In this document: positions 29,835-50,453 of the stretch, piece after piece
How positions within the stretch are numbered: position 1 is the stretch's first letter
How the letters are laid out: every line of letters starts with the position of its first letter
Assembly (NCBI GenBank): GCA_012295275.1
Contig: CM022666.1
Coordinates: forward strand, 5,208,001-5,272,000
Reading direction: 5' to 3'
Length of the DNA: 64,000 nucleotides
Source: Chrysomallon squamiferum
Taxonomy: Eukaryota; Animalia; Mollusca
Program-made: the position numbers and the translations under genes
Notes under the pieces: generated by a model
The model's database searches: none
Told to the model about the DNA's origin: nothing
What the model saw: the letters and a program-made list of their open reading frames with translations, nothing else

Positions 29835-30147
29835 ATGGTACCAATTCGTCCAGTCCTTGTCATTTCTCTTATGGTACTAAACTTGATACTCATCAGTGTC
29901 ATTGTATCTGTAACATTAAACGAGTTTCTGAACAGACAAACCGACTTGTTGTTTGACAAGGAACTGTGTGTGAAAATCTCGTGCAAACCAAGAGAAAACT
30001 GTTGTGATGACAAATCTACGACCAGAACCAGGAACAATACCACGTATTGCTGTTACAGAGATGGAGAAAAAGTGATCAGTAAAATTATGAAACTGGTAAA
30101 TTGTCCTTTAATTTATTTTAAAAATCCATGAATACATTAAATACAAA

Positions 30148-30191
<44 letters not shown>

Positions 30192-30965
30192 ATATATAAA
30201 ATAAAATGTTTGTATGTAATTAAGATATAAGTAAGTTCTGTACAAAAATATAAAAAATTTAAGTTCATTATACAAAAAAAAAGAAAAATAGGAAAAAGAT
30301 AAAAAGAAAATAGTGTTATGTAGATATGAAATTAAGATACAGGTAAATTCTGTATAAAGATATTGAAAAGTTAAATTCATCCATTATAAATGAAATTTAA
30401 AAACAGAAGATTTATATACGTTTAATAATATTCGAATTATGAAAAGGCGATATTGATTGTCTTGAAAAATATTTATAAATTTAAAAGTGATTATTGTGGA
30501 TGAGCTTCAAACTGGTTATTAATATTCTTTTTAGAAACTGAATGAAAGTGAAACAAAAGCTGAGAAACGTGGTAAGTTAACACAGACACATATTTAAATA
30601 TCTACAAACGTTTTTATAATTATGTATTTGTATGTGTGTATGTGTGTATATGTGTGTGCATGTTTCAGAAAAACAATTTAAGCAGATCAGAGATGTCGCT
30701 GATCTTCTGAATTTAGGTAATATAAATATGTGTAAGAGTATATGTACATATGTATCTATGTATTTATACATGTATCAATGTATATATATGTGTGTGTTTA
30801 TGAGTGTCTGTATATATATATTTCAGAACAAGACCTTAAGCAGATCAAGGAGTGGACTTACAATCTGAATAATAAAAACAATGTGAAGACATCGACTCAT
30901 CTACAAATGGAAGTGAATGCAACTTATGACAAAAGTAAGAAACGAAATAGTAGTAGCAATAATAA

Positions 30966-31034
<69 letters not shown>

Positions 31035-31768
31035 AAATAGTAGTAGCAGTAGTAGTACTCAGTTAAAAGACATGATTTGATAATAAATCTGGTATTAGTA
31101 AAATAGAAGCAATCGTAGTCGTTACTTAAAAAATTGGTCTGGTAAAAGTAGTAGTAGTCCTTATCACTTAGTTATTAGTAGTGGTTAGAAAATAATAGTA
31201 GAAATTGTGATAACAATAATACTAGCAGTGTTACTAGTGATAATATCAGTTATTCTGGTAAAGTAGTTAATAGCGAAAGTTTGTAGTTATAGAAATATAT
31301 ATTAGTAATATACTACAAATGTTGACAATTTAAAATAGAAATATTAATTAAAAATCATTTATTCTTACAAACTTTTCAGACACACCGAAGCCCCTCATCA
31401 AATGGACGTCGTCTGGTAAAAGATCGTTTGTGAAAGGAGCTGCAGCTGTTGTCGCTGACGGGATTCAAGTGAAAGAAACTGGTTACTACTTCATATACAG
31501 CAACGTTTTATTCCATGCCAACCAAGTCAGAGAGCTGGAATACGCTAGACTGTGTCACTCAATTGAAATATATCCAGATTATGAAGTCCTCTACAGAAAT
31601 CCTCAAACAACATGCAAAGTACGAAGATATCAGGAAGGTTTTGTTACTTCCTACATTGGAGCTGTTTACCACCTGAAAGCCAATGACACTGTGGTGGTGA
31701 GAACATCAGTTGTGAACAGAATTTTGAGAGATCCTGAGACCACCTACTTTGGTCTGTATATGCTGTAA
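29835..31768 (+). CDS. TNF superfamily ligand, copy 2 (280 aa). Coding exons 29835-30095, 30535-30571, 30669-30716, 30827-30934, 31380-31768
   Basis: Same exon lengths (261/37/48/108/389) and phases as copy 1. THD motifs STHL, LIKW, TGYYFIYSNVLF, SYIGAVYHL, TYFGLYML. Confidence 0.92.
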
Positions 31769-32267
31769 AACTGTTACGAGAGTCCTCAATTATAACTGTT
31801 AATAATTAATTGTTTTTACTTTATACCCACGTTTATAGTGTTTAAATGCATTATTATTATTATTATTATTATCATTATTATTATTATTACTGTTAATATT
31901 ATTAGTATTAACAATTAATTATGCTACTGGAATATGATTTTAAATGTTTATGTAATTGTAATAAGTTTCTTTTAGACTTGTTGCCTACAGGTGTGCTTTG
32001 AATAACAGTGTATTAAGAATAAATCAATAGTTTAAGTAATAAAGGTAACAGTAAAGTAAATATAATGATCATAAACAAACACAATAAATGAACGCTTTTA
32101 ACTAATTTCTCTTCACTCCGATTTTATGTTCACGGTGTTTGGCAGCCTGTCACAGAAAGACAGTAGTCAGGGACATGAGTACATCAAACTACTATTTTAT
32201 TATAACTTTATTATGAAACGTTTATATTAGGCATTCTTTCATCTTCCTTTATAGTCTTCAGTGGAGG

Positions 32268-32338
<71 letters not shown>

Positions 32339-32382
32339 GTGGTCGGTTGTTTGTGATTCGATCAGCTTTTATAACTTCAATG

Positions 32383-32428
<46 letters not shown>

Positions 32429-33280
32429 TTATTATTTAAAACATTTTTGATACTCTAATAGAATTCTTGCCAGTATTTTAAATAACAACGTATTAATACT
32501 AATGCAATATTACAGAATTACAATAGACTGCTATTATTATTATCAATGCAATATCACAGTATTACAATAGACTGTTATTACTATTATAAATTCTCAATAT
32601 TAATTACAGACTGTTGTTTTTCTTATGAATGCATTATTATTGCTATAAATAAATATCTTTACTTTTTAAAAGAAAACATGAAATGCTAGTCGGGTTCCTA
32701 TCGACGCAATAACTAGGATAAGAACGCAGTTTGCAATACAACGGATGCAATAATAACACTATATTTTTAAAATGTGTGTGTGTGTGTGTGCGTGTGCGTG
32801 TGTGTGTGTGTGTGTGTTTGTGTGTGTGTGATTCTTAAGATTATTTATTTATTTTTCTAACTATAAATATTGAGGAATAAGTCACTGTTGTTAAATTAAA
32901 TTATATAAAAGAAAATTTGAGCTTAACTGATAACAAGATGTAATTTAATCAATAATGTATTCCCTGTTTTTATTTACCACGTCTTTCCAAGGGTCAACAA
33001 GTTTTTCGATGCCTCTGCAATAAATTTAAATTAGTTATGAACCGGAACGCAATAGATTTTGCTTTGTCAGTTTATTTTATTTATAAAATAATTTATTGTA
33101 TTCTTCTTTTTTGGGGGTTTGCATCAGATTTTTAATGAAGTAACTTTTTTTGTTTTTTTATAATAATAAAAATCAAAATGAGTTTATATTTGTATATTTT
33201 TTAATGTTGATTGAATTTTTTTGTTTTTTGTGTTGTATAAACAAATAAATGTTGATGTATTTATTTTTATAATATATATG

Positions 33281-33319
<39 letters not shown>

Positions 33320-33345
33320 TTATGTATGTATATGTATAAACAATG

Positions 33346-33421
<76 letters not shown>

Positions 33422-33814
33422 TTATTCTATAAAAGTATTATTTTATTTTTTTAATGTTTTTTTTTTTTTTTACTTTATTTTTATCCTTTAACAGATCTGT
33501 TTCGTCAGGCTAAGAATAATTTTTGAAGAAAAACAAGACAAAAACAACATTTAAAGCCTGATATTTTCTTCACGTCATATCATGAAATGAATCGGTGGGG
33601 GTTGGGATCACAATTGGCACACCCTCATCAATGTTTTGCACACAGACATATAACAAATATTCATTTGATATCAATTGTTTTATATTCACAAATACATCTA
33701 ATTCTCAGAAATATTATGTTCGTATGTGTACAGAGATTTGTTTCCCTAATCTATTTGTTATATCAGGAATTTAGTTGTGTCATAACAAAACTTTTGAAAA
33801 CTAAATATTGTCTT

Positions 33815-38173
<4,359 letters not shown>

Positions 38174-40833
38174 AAAGAAAGTAACTGAAAACATAAAAAT
38201 ATTACATTCTGATATTTCCTTCAAGTCATATCACGAAATAGATGGGCGTGTGTGTGTGTGGGAACACAAATATCACACCCCCATCAATTTGTTTAACACA
38301 AACACATGAACTTTTTTATTTGATATCAATTGTTTTATATTCACAGTGACATCAGATTCTCTGAAAAATTGTCTCTATGTGTATAGAGATTTGTTTCCAT
38401 AATCTATAAGATAGTGAGGAATTTAGTTGTGTCGTAACAAAACTTTTCATCTCAATAAAATAAAATAATAATCTGAGTTCTTGAAAAAAAAAAAAAAGAA
38501 AAAAAGAAAATTAAAAAAACAACGTGTATCATAAGTAAGAACAAAGGTTATCATGGCCATCATCCTACATCATCATTCAGAATTTTTACTCTCAACATCA
38601 TCATTCAAAAATTCAATGGCAACCTCATCGTTGATAATTTTATTATCTACATCATCATCCAGAATTTTATTAACAGAATAATCACTGACAGTCCTCATCG
38701 TTCACAAAAGATGGACTCTGCTTCAGATTTTATTTACTATTATTTTAGGTTTTACTCACATTATACAATGGATGTTCTTGTACAATAGATGTTCTATTTA
38801 CAAATGGATGTTCTTGTACAGTTGATATTCTATGTACAATATGTGTTCTTCTGCAGTGATTGTTCTACAGTCTATGTCCTGTGTAAAAAAAGATCTTGTA
38901 CAGATGTTCTATATAGACTGCTCATTGGATGATCAAATACAGTAGATGTTCAGTGTACATTGAATGTTCTTGTATGGTAGATGTTCTGTACACAATGGAT
39001 GTTCTGCTGTAGATGTTCTATGTACAAATATGTTTTAAAGTGGATGTTGTAAATATAATTAATGTTAAAAGATAATGAATACTCCATGCATAATGGCTTT
39101 TATTTGTACAGTGAATATGTAATGTATGTACTACTGATGGTCTGTGTTCAGTAAATCTGTACAGTGGATGTTCTACAAACAGTGAATGTGTTCTAGGCAT
39201 GTTCTATGTAAAATGAATGTGTGCTGTATTCAGTGAATAAATATTTACATGTTACTAATTTTCTATATAAACTGACTGATGAAAGTTAAATTTTCACTGA
39301 TTGGTTTAAAATGAATAATACAAGTTAAGTGTTCTTTATACAGTATGCACTAATGCACTGAAACGATAATAGTAATAAATATATATACATAAATGTTACA
39401 TCTAAAATTTCATGTAAAATTCGCAGAATAAATAATCGATTTAAGGCATTTTGTTTTATCAGAATAAGAATTTTTAGAAGTATTTCAGAATCGTAAATAT
39501 TAGGATTATTAACTTTATTATCACTATTATCATCATTATTAATATTTATTATCACTTTCATCATCATGATTAACAATTGTATTATCATCATAAACATCAT
39601 TAAGTTTATTATCACTATGATCTTCATCATTATTACTATTTTATCTACTATTACTATATCATCATCATTATAAGGATTATTCTTACTACTAGTAGTACTA
39701 TTTATATTAGTGATGCTGTTGCTGGTGCTACTACTATTAAATTTATCATCATCATCATTATTATTATTTGCTGTTATCATTGTTGTTAAATAAAGGCTGC
39801 AGTGATACCTCTGGTCACCTGTTCATAATTTATATTTACTTTAAAAGTACTAAAACTTGTCTTGTTGTGCATTTGTTATTTTCTTCTTATTTTTTCTTTC
39901 TTTGTTTCTTCGATTGTTTGTTTCTTTTTTGTTGTTGTTGTAATAACAAGTAAAATTATTGAGATCATTTTTCAACTCACTTTTCACTTCTACACCAGTC
40001 AGTGACATGATTTAATTTATATTTTATAAAGCAAAATTTGTATGCTTTATAGACTATGTAAAATATTGCTGTTATTTAACCATGTACATATCACATATTT
40101 ATATAGATACACCTACATACGTGCACATTCAAACACATGTATCATGTTTACGTTTTAATAGTTATGCAGTCGTCCTTGACACCGACGACAATAACTGTAC
40201 CTCACTAGAAAATATTTTAAAATGCCGGGTGCATTATCTTGAAAAATAGATCTGCCTAGTAAGTGTTTATAAATAGCTGTTTGCTAAGTGACTCAGCTGA
40301 TTCAAAATGCACGGCCCACGTGTTCACTCTGAGTCCGGCCTACAATGACGTCGCTGTCTGTGAAATGTACACGTGACGTGAAATTGATATCGGATTCACT
40401 ACCAACTTCATTGACGTGATTACTTTTATCTCTAGTCCATAGAAATACGTCGAACAACAGACACAATTTTTAGAAAATAAATAAATAAAAATAAGTAGTT
40501 TTTCTCTGTCAGGGAATAATCCAATTTTTATGACAGTGCGCCTCCGTGGATCTTGTGTAGATATATACTGTAGTGCATAGCTGGAGTGTATTAGGTTATT
40601 TGAAATTAGATAATGTAGATGTTCTGGATTAAATTTTTGATAATTTATTTAGGGTTAGACTATTGAAGAGTGATTAAAAGAAAAATAATAAAGTACCTGG
40701 TTTATAGTCAGTTGTTACGTTTTCATTTTGTTCTGTTCATGCACGTACATCACATGTACTTGACGTAGTCTAGTTTCTGTCATAAAAACAACTCACGGCA
40801 AACTGAACAAAGCAATATTCTTAAAATACATCA

Positions 40834-40881
<48 letters not shown>

Positions 40882-42046
40882 CTTATTTGTATTGTTGTTT
40901 GTTGTTTGTTCTTCTTTCTTTCTTGTTGTTGTTGTTTGTTTCTTATTGTTGTTTTGTTTTGAATTTCTTATTTGTTTTTCTTGTTTATTTGTTTTTTCCG
41001 GCTCACCTGTGCTCTGATTATATCAACAATTAATTGCAAAGTACTAACCTGACATAATAGTATGTACCTGTGTATAAAATGACATTGTAGATATTACAAA
41101 AGTCACGTATTTGACAACACTTCTGTTTATAGGTTTTTCCATGTGATTGGCAGTGGATGACTTCCAGCGCATTCGCGAATGTGAAAAAGTTCGTGGTGGA
41201 AAAATCTCAGTACGTGATAGTAGTATTATATCAAGTAGTAAAACGTCAACAGAAGTAACTCTATACATTAGAGGCAACAATAACAACAACCACAACATCA
41301 GATTTATTTATTTTTAACAATGATAATGCGTTCGTACTTTCTCGATCTGTCTGTTAGTAATACGGTAGACGTATCTTTATCAATCTAAAAATAACAGAAT
41401 ATACTTGAGATAATAATAAATATTTTTATTTAATTTAATTTTATAAAATGTATGTAATATATGTTTATGTGTCTATGCAGTGTCGACAGCTTCAATGAAG
41501 GAAGGAACAAAACTTTATTGCTGTCTTCGTGCTAAAGAATAATATGCTAAAATTATCTGTGAGTATTCAAAGCCTGACAAACATAAAACAAATACCTTCA
41601 CTGGTAATATCTATTAAATAAAAGTATGAACACATGCATAATCTAATAAGAAATCATATATATGTATACACCCTTTACTGTACACTAGAACACAACAAAC
41701 ACAAAACACTTTCAAAACTGAATTCAGTATAGCAGTAAAGTGTAATATAGATGGAGAGAATGACTGTAATCTGTCACAACAATCACGTAAGGATTAATAC
41801 AGAAGAGCAAACATCTACATAACCAGTTACACAGTGCGTTCTGTGGACAGCGACCGTTATCAGGAATTGTTCCACAGTTCTTCCCTATCCAAACAAAACA
41901 TAAATAAAATCTCCGTACTTTTATGAAAAATAACTCGCGTTATTTGTCAACGTGTTCCCGACCTTGCAGCTTCACGTCTTTCGCCAGATTTTTCTGGTAA
42001 ACAACAAGGGTCAGTAACACCTATCACTAAGCAGATGATACTTAAT

Positions 42047-42340
42047 CCCGAAAAAAGTCACAGGAAAACAAATCACAATTTTTAATTATGAAATATATTA
42101 GCAATGAAAGATAGATTAAACAGATTTTGTCAAAGTATTTTGATAATGTTTATTTTTATTCTAGTGTTGATGGTTTAGACTGATGTTCCACCCGATATCA
42201 CGAAGAAATTCTGCCGCAGCATACACGAACCCTTCATAACATATTTTGATACCACCCTTATTGGTATGAATAACTTCCATATTAAACATACTTCTGATAC
42301 AATAGCAAGCTGAAGAATACACAGTGAAACATATTTTAAC
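42047..42340 (-). mobile_element. Internally deleted Mutator-like (MULE/FLYWCH) element relic, copy 1
   Basis: Minus ORF 42280-42161: MEVIHTNKGGIKICYEGFVY resembles a FLYWCH start and is fused to EFLRDIGWNISL, which resembles a MULE transposase C-terminus. Terminal-type repeat GAAAAAAGTCACAGGAAAACAAATCACA at ~42050. Family call is from motif recognition only. Confidence 0.55.
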
Positions 42341-42979
42341 TGGAAATAAGACAAAAGTTGCAGAATAAGATAATTTAAACATCCTGAATACAGTATTATT
42401 CCAGTACATTACATATGATATAGTTTATATTTACAGGGAAACAGTATTAAATATTATGTAGTTAAGTACAGTACATACCATGTAATTTATACGTCTAGAG
42501 ATACGCTGTTAAAGATTAATAGACCGCAGTACATACCATGTAATTTATGTATCCAGTATTAAAGATTAATAGACTGCAGTACATACCATGTAATTTATGT
42601 ATCCAGTATTAAAGTTTTATAGAGTGCAGTACATACCATGCAATTTATATATACAGGAAGATAGTATTAAATACTATATAATAAGATACAGTACATACCA
42701 TGTAACTTATATATCCAGGGATATAGTATTAAAGATTAATAGGGTATAGTGCACATCATGTAATTTATGTACCAAGTGATACAGTATTATTCCAGTACGG
42801 TAACCTTAAAGATCGTTACAATACAGTATATATCCTGTAATTTACAAATCAAAGGTTGTAATATTAAAGATTCAGCTTCGCAAATACAATGTCTTCAGTG
42901 TATGATATTATAAAACTGAAATTCTGTGATGTAGAATATACAATGTATCTGAATATATATATTTTTTTAAAGTTCAAAA

Positions 42980-43199
42980 TGGATTCATAGACGTCCAAGC
43001 TGAAATGATCAACAGTCGAGTTGTTTCTCATGCAGAACAAATAAACACAGTGGAACTTCCTTTGTACCAGAGCTGGATGGCAACGTATTTAGAACGTCAT
43101 GAACGTGCACTGCAACTACACCAGCAGCAGCTGACAACACTGCAGTTTGTACACAATGAGACATAGAGATTATTCTGCTCAGTTTTAAATAAATTGATG

Positions 43200-43276
<77 letters not shown>

Positions 43277-43440
43277 TGTTGGTATTAATTTATTCATTCA
43301 TTTATTTATTTATTTGGTTTCTGATCATTAAGTTAATTCATTTTTTTTACTCTCTCCTTTTCATCTTTTAACAGATCTGGTTTTGTCACGCTAAGAATAA
43401 TTTTCGAAACCGTCGAGGATCAGACAATGAAAGATACACG
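42980..43440 (+). pseudogene. Gene B relic (partial large exon ~42980-43162 and terminal exon from 43375)
   Basis: ...QAEMINSRVVSHAEQINTVELPLYQSWM... with a mutated acceptor; terminal exon follows TTTAACAG. Confidence 0.65.
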
Positions 43441-44115
43441 AAAAGAAATTAATTTAAACCTAACAAAATTACATTCTGATATGTGTGCATAATGTGTATA
43501 TTTTATAGTATGTCAAATATTGCTGTTATATAACCATGTGCATATCATATACTTATATAGATACACCTACATACGTGCACATCCACACACACACACACAC
43601 ACATGTATCATGATTAAGTTTTAATTGTTATGATCTCGTCCTTCACTGTTTGATTTGCTGTCTAAAAAAAAAAGCGACAATAATAACAATGGTAGCTGAC
43701 TAGAAAACTTTTTAAAATACCCAGTAAATTATCTTTAAAAGTAATTCTACCCGAGCAGTGTTTATAAACTGTTATTTTCTTAGCGGCGCGGGTGATACAA
43801 AATACCCGGCCCACGTGTTCAAGATATTCACTGATTTCAGGCTGGGAAATGTGTACCTAACGTTTGATTGCACCGATATCTTATTTTACAGTCTGCTTGA
43901 ATCACGTGATCACTGTTATCTCCAGTTCATATAAGCACGTTGAACAGCTGAAACGATTTTAAATATAAATGAAGACAAATAAAAATATTTTTTTTGTCAG
44001 CGAGTAATCAAATTTTTATGACTGTGCGCCTCAGTGGATCTTCTACTTGACGTAGTATAGTTTCCATCATAAAATAACTCACGGCAAACTAAACAAATCA
44101 ATATTTTTAAATTAG

Positions 44116-44161
<46 letters not shown>

Positions 44162-47100
44162 CTTACTTGTATTGCATTGATTTTTGTTTGTTATTGTTGG
44201 GTTGTTGTTGTTGTTTTTTGTGTGTTTGTTTGTTTTTTTATGTTTTTTGTTTTCCATCTGAACTCTGCTCTGAATAAGGTCTTGGAACAGTTAACTGCGA
44301 ATATTAACTAAATATACATAATAGTGTGCACGTGTGTATAAAATGACTTTGTAGATGTACCACAATTCACGTTTACCTACATTAATTATTTTTACCGAGC
44401 AAGTTGAATAACCTTACATATTAAATTTCTTTATCAGTACACTTCCACTTTGCCACGTCATTGACTAAACTGCGCATGTCAGTGTCTGTTCTAGACCACA
44501 TAGCACCCTATTTCGCGTGCTTAACTCTTGTTAATACGACTGACCATGAAAGCTAAATTTACATCAGATAATAGTTTCCTTATTCTTGGTACACAGACCT
44601 TAATCGAGACTAGAATTCCAGTCACGTGATAGTACTATTATATGTCGGTTAGTATCACCGAAGACGTGAAGAGAAGTAACGCTGTAATCCAGGGGTCCGC
44701 AAGGGTATTGCTGACTTCTATTCCTGTGTTAAGTAAGCGACACAAAATAACAACAAAATGAAATGATATAGTCTGAGTATCACGTGGTAGAATTTTACAG
44801 CCAAGATTTGTCATCTTACACATAATCGGAATAAATTAATGTAGTCATCCTGGCACCAATCCAGGGTAACGGTCGCTGTCCACTGAACGCACTGTGTAAC
44901 TAGTTATGTAGATGTTTGCTCTTCTGTATTAATCCTTACGTGATTGTTGTGACCGGTTACAATCATTCTATCCATCTATATTATTCTTTATTGCTTTACT
45001 GAATGTTCAGACTTCTCAAGTTGTTGTTGTTGTTGATATTATTATTATTAATAATTTATTTGTTTATTTATTGGTATTGTTGTTGTTATTGTTGCTATTT
45101 ATTCAATTAATTAATGTATTTATTTTATTTAAATGGAGATTATATTTATTTAATATTTATTATATACAGAGATCATATTTTTTCAATTAATTTTGTTAAA
45201 TAATGTTTACTGTACTCGGTTTTTACACACACACAAACACACACACACACACATACACACACACACACATTCTTTGAACATTTGCCAGTATTTCAAATAA
45301 CAACGTATTTAAATTATGATGTTGGCTTATTTTTCTCACGTTGACGATTTCCGAGGATTAATAATAAATACTCTCTTTCTCCGGGAACAGGACTTTCCAC
45401 CCAAGCTATAAATAGATGTGAGTCAGTAGTTGAAGTTTTATGGGAAACATATTACTAGAAAACGGATTAAAAAAAGTATTGTTATAAATAAATAAATTTG
45501 TTGTTGTAGTTACTGTTGTTGAAAATTTTCTTTGTATTCTAAACATGTACATCTGTGGATGTTGTAAATATAATTAATATTAAATGATAATGAATACTCC
45601 ATGCATAGTGGCTTTTCTTTGTACAGTGAATACGCAATGTATATATTATTGATGGTCTGTGTTCAGTAAATCTGTACAGTGGATGTTCTACAAACAGTGA
45701 ATGTGTTCTAGGGATGTTCTATGTAAAATGAGTGTGTACTGTATTCAGTGAATAAATATTTACATATTACTGATTTTCTATATAACTTGACCGATGAAAG
45801 TTAAATGTTCACTCATTGGTTTATAATGAGTAATACACGTTGAGTGTTCTTTATACAGTATATACTCATGCATTGAAATTATCAGAGTAATAAATGTTCA
45901 TATATATTGGTCACCTGTTCATGAGTTTGATGTCTTATTTCACTAACTGCTTCATTCACTATAAACAACTGACTTCTAGTTTGTTCGAAATGCACGGTCC
46001 ACGTGTTCACTCGACCTAGAATGACCTCGCTGTCTGCGAAATGTTTATCTGACGTGTGGTTGCCGAGATATTTCATTTCTGTATCTGCTTCATTCACGCT
46101 GCTACTGTTCAGGGGTGTGAACGCTTGGTCAGACACCAATTATTACATTAACTTGACAGTCCTCCAAAACACCGCACAGCTGTCTGATAACCTCTCTGTT
46201 TGCAAAAGGTTCCCGACCCGTTATATTGCATAGGCATTTGAAATCAGATAATACAGATATTAAGGATTAACTTTTTGTTCATTTATTTAGGGTTAGACTG
46301 TTGAAAAGTGATTGATTAAAAATGATAAAATACCTGTGGTTAGCAGCCAGTTGTTTGTGTTTCCATGTTTCTGTTCCTGCTTGTAGATCACAGGTACTTG
46401 GCGTAGTTTCTATCATAAAAACAACTCAGGGCAATATTCTTAAATAGATCACGGTGTGTGTGTGTGAGTGTGTGTGTGTGAGTGTGTGTGTGTGTGTGCG
46501 TGTGCGTGCGCGCGCGCTAATAAAATGTGACTTATTGGTGTTGTTTGTTTTTTTGTTTATTATTGTTTTGTTTTTTTATTGTTGTTGAATGAGCTTTTTT
46601 TCTACCTGAACTCTGAATGACAGCAGCAATGTTAATATTAATAATAACAAGAGCTACAACAGTAACAACCAGCAATAAATGCACGTAGTTTATTTACGAA
46701 CATTGTGCAACTTTTAATTATTAATTTTGTTTACATTTTTGATTCTAAGCATGTCATCCTCTCCATTAGGTTATATTTTCTCACACACAATCAAAATGTG
46801 ATTTGAAGGACAACGCATATTTATCTTTGAAAGATATATGAAAAGAAATTAATTTAAACCTAAGAAAATTACATTCTGATATCTGTGCATAATGTGTATA
46901 TTTTATAGACAGTATGTTAAATATTGCTGTTATATAACCATGTACATATCATATACTTATATAGATACGCCTACATACGTGCTCATCCACACACACACAC
47001 ATGTATCATGATTAAGTTTTAATAGTTATGCTCTCGGCCTTCACTGTTTGATTTGCTGTCTAAAACAAAACGACAATAATAATGGTAGCTCACTGGAAAA

Positions 47101-48536
47101 CTTTTTAAAATCCCCAGTACACTCGTTATCTTTAAAAAGTAATTCTACCTGAGCAGTGTTTATAAATAGCTGTTTGCTAAGTGTTTCCTAGTAATACAGA
47201 ATGCAGGGTCCACGAGTTCTCGAGTTACCTAACGTGTGTTTGTCCCACTCTCTTATTTCACAACCTGCTTCAGTCACGTGATTACTGTTATCTCCAGTCC
47301 AACTAAGCATGTTGAACAACTGAAACGATTATGAAAATAAATGAATAAAAATAACTAGTTTTTTTCTGTCATGGAATAATCCAATTTTTATAACTGTGTT
47401 CCTTCGTGGATCTTGTGTAGATATATACTGTAGTGCATAGCTGGAGTGTATTAGGACATTTGAAATTAGATAATGTAGATATTCTACATTAAATTCTTTA
47501 TAATTTATTTGGGGTTAGACTACTGAAGAGTAATTAAATAAAAATAACAAACTACCTGGTTAATAGTCAGTTGTTACGTTTTTTTTTTCTTTGTTTCTGA
47601 TCGTGCACGTACATCACATGTACTTGACGTAGTCTAGATTCTATCATAAAACAACTCACGGCAAACTGAACAGAGCAATATTCTTAAAATAGTTCTGTGT
47701 GCGTGTTTGTGTGTATGTGTGTGTGTGTATGTAGCTTATTTGTATTTTTTTGTTTGTCGTTTGTTGTTCTTTCTTTCTTGATGTTGTTGTTACCTTCTTA
47801 TTGTTGTTTTGTGTTGAATTTCTTGTTTGTTTTTCTTGTTTGTTTGTTTTTTCCGGCTCACCATTGCTCTGATTACATCAACAATTAACTGCAAAGTACT
47901 GAACTGACATAATAGTATGTACGTGTGTATAACATGACATTGTAGAGATTCCAAAAGTCACGTTTTTGACAACACTTCTGTTTATAGGTTTTTCCATGGG
48001 ATTGGCAGTGGATGACTTTCCACCAGAACTCTGTTAATATTAATAATAACAAGACTACAACAGTAACAACCAGCAATAAATGCACGTCGTTTATTTGTGA
48101 ATATTATGCAGCTTTTAATTATTAATTTTGTTTTCATTTTTTATCCTAACATGTCATCTTCTCCATTAGGCTATATTTTTTTCACAGCCAATCAAAATGT
48201 GATTTGAAGTACAACGCATCATCGGAAAAAAAACCAGTTTATGGGAAACTTAATTTTCTGTTTGTTTTCAATACAATATTATTATCTTCTAAAGTGCAGC
48301 TGTCTCTAACACATAATATAAAAATTATTTCGTTAACGAAAAGGAAGTAAAAGGCAATAAATATTTTTGCTAGATATGTCCTTATTTTCCTATAGAATAT
48401 TCTGTCTGTTGTGTATTATCTGTTGCGCGCTTTTCTGTGTGTGTGTGTGTGTGTCTGTCTGTCTGTCTGTCTCTGTGTGTGGTTTTATTTATTATTTTAC
48501 TTTTATTTTTATTAAGGAAAATGAAGTCAATTCGTC

Positions 48537-48688
<152 letters not shown>

Positions 48689-49919
48689 TATGTGTCTGTG
48701 TACTACTGATGGTCTGTATTCAGTAAATCTGTACAGTGGATGTTCTACAAACAGTGAATGTGTTCTAGAGATGTTCTATGTAAACTGAATGTGTGATGTA
48801 TTCAGTGAATAAATATTTACGTAACATTGATTTTCTATATAAATTGACTGACGAAAGTCAAATGTTCACTTATTGGTTTATTATGAATAATACAAGTTAA
48901 GTGGGTGATCCAGTTAAAAAGGATTTTCTTTATACAGTATGTACTCATGTATTGAAATGATCAGAGTAATAAATGTTTATATATATATATATTACTTTTA
49001 AAATTTCCTGTACAATTTGTATAATGAACAATCAATTTATAGCATTTTTTTGTTTTATCACAATAAGAATTTTCTTTTTAGAAGCACTTCAGAAACATAA
49101 ATATTATGATTATTAATTTTATTATATCTATCATAATTATCATTAACTTTATTACCACTATCATCTTCATCATTATTACTGCTGCTATATTATTACTATA
49201 TAATCATGATTACTAGTATTATTCTTTCTATTATTTCTACTATTTATATCAGTGCTGCTGCTGCTACTACTACTAATTTATAAAATTTTCCATCATCATC
49301 ATCATTATAATTAGTATTGTTTGCTGCTGTCGTTGTTGTTAAATAAAGACTACTCTATTCGAGGTCACAGTAAGGATTCAAGAAAGCTAAAGAAACACCA
49401 CACAGAGGTTCTCATTTATTCTTACAATGACCTTGACATGCTGACTGCTTATAGGAATTTCGGCGCCATTATTATTGTCACTACGATGTTTTTGACACTC
49501 CTACACACCACTCGTTTCTTTATATGTTTTTCTGTGTGATTGGCAGTCGATGACTTCCAGCGCATTCTCGAATGTCAAAAAGTTCGTTGGGGAAAAACCT
49601 CAGCATGTGATAGTAGTATTATATCAATTAGTAAAATGTATCGAACACGTGAACAGAAGTAACTCTATACATTAGAGGCAACAATAACAACAACCACAAC
49701 ATCAGATTTATTTATTTATAACAATGATAATGCGTTCGTACTTTCTCGATCTGTCTGTTAGTAATACGGTTGACGTAACTTTATCAATCTAACAATAACA
49801 GAATATACTTGAGATTATAATAAATATTTTTATTTAATTTAATTTTATAAAATGTATGTAATATATGTTTACGTGTCTATGCAGTGTCGACAGCTCCAAT
49901 GAAGGAAGGAACAAAACCG

Positions 49920-50255
49920 TATATAGAACGTCGTGAACGTGCACTACAACTACACCAGCAGTAGCTGACAACACTGCAGTTTGTGCACAATAAGACATTG
50001 AGATTATTCTGCTCAGTTTTAAATAAATTGATGTTTATTATTATTATTATTGTTGTTGTTGTTGTTGTTGTTTGTATTAATGTATTTATTTATTTATTTG
50101 ATTTCTGATCATTATAGTTACTTTAGTGTTATCATTATGAGTTCAATTATTGATTTGTTAAATTAGTTACACATACATACTCATAGACACACACACACAC
50201 ATAGACACACACACACAGAGACACACACACACACACACAGACACACACACACATA

Positions 50256-50296
<41 letters not shown>

Positions 50297-50453
50297 ACAC
50301 ACACACATACACACATTATATTTGAATTAATCTTACCCCATGCAATTAATTCATTTTTTTACTCTTTTTTTTTCATCTTTTAACAGATCTGGTTTTGTCA
50401 GGCTAAGAATAATTATCGATACCAGCGAGGATCAGACAATGAAAGATACATGA
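49920..50453 (+). pseudogene. Gene B relic (fragment of large exon and intact terminal exon 50387-50453)
   Basis: GAACGTCGTGAACGTGCACTACAACTACACCAG fragment containing stops; SGFVRLRIIIDTSEDQTMKDT* follows TTTAACAG. Confidence 0.65.
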
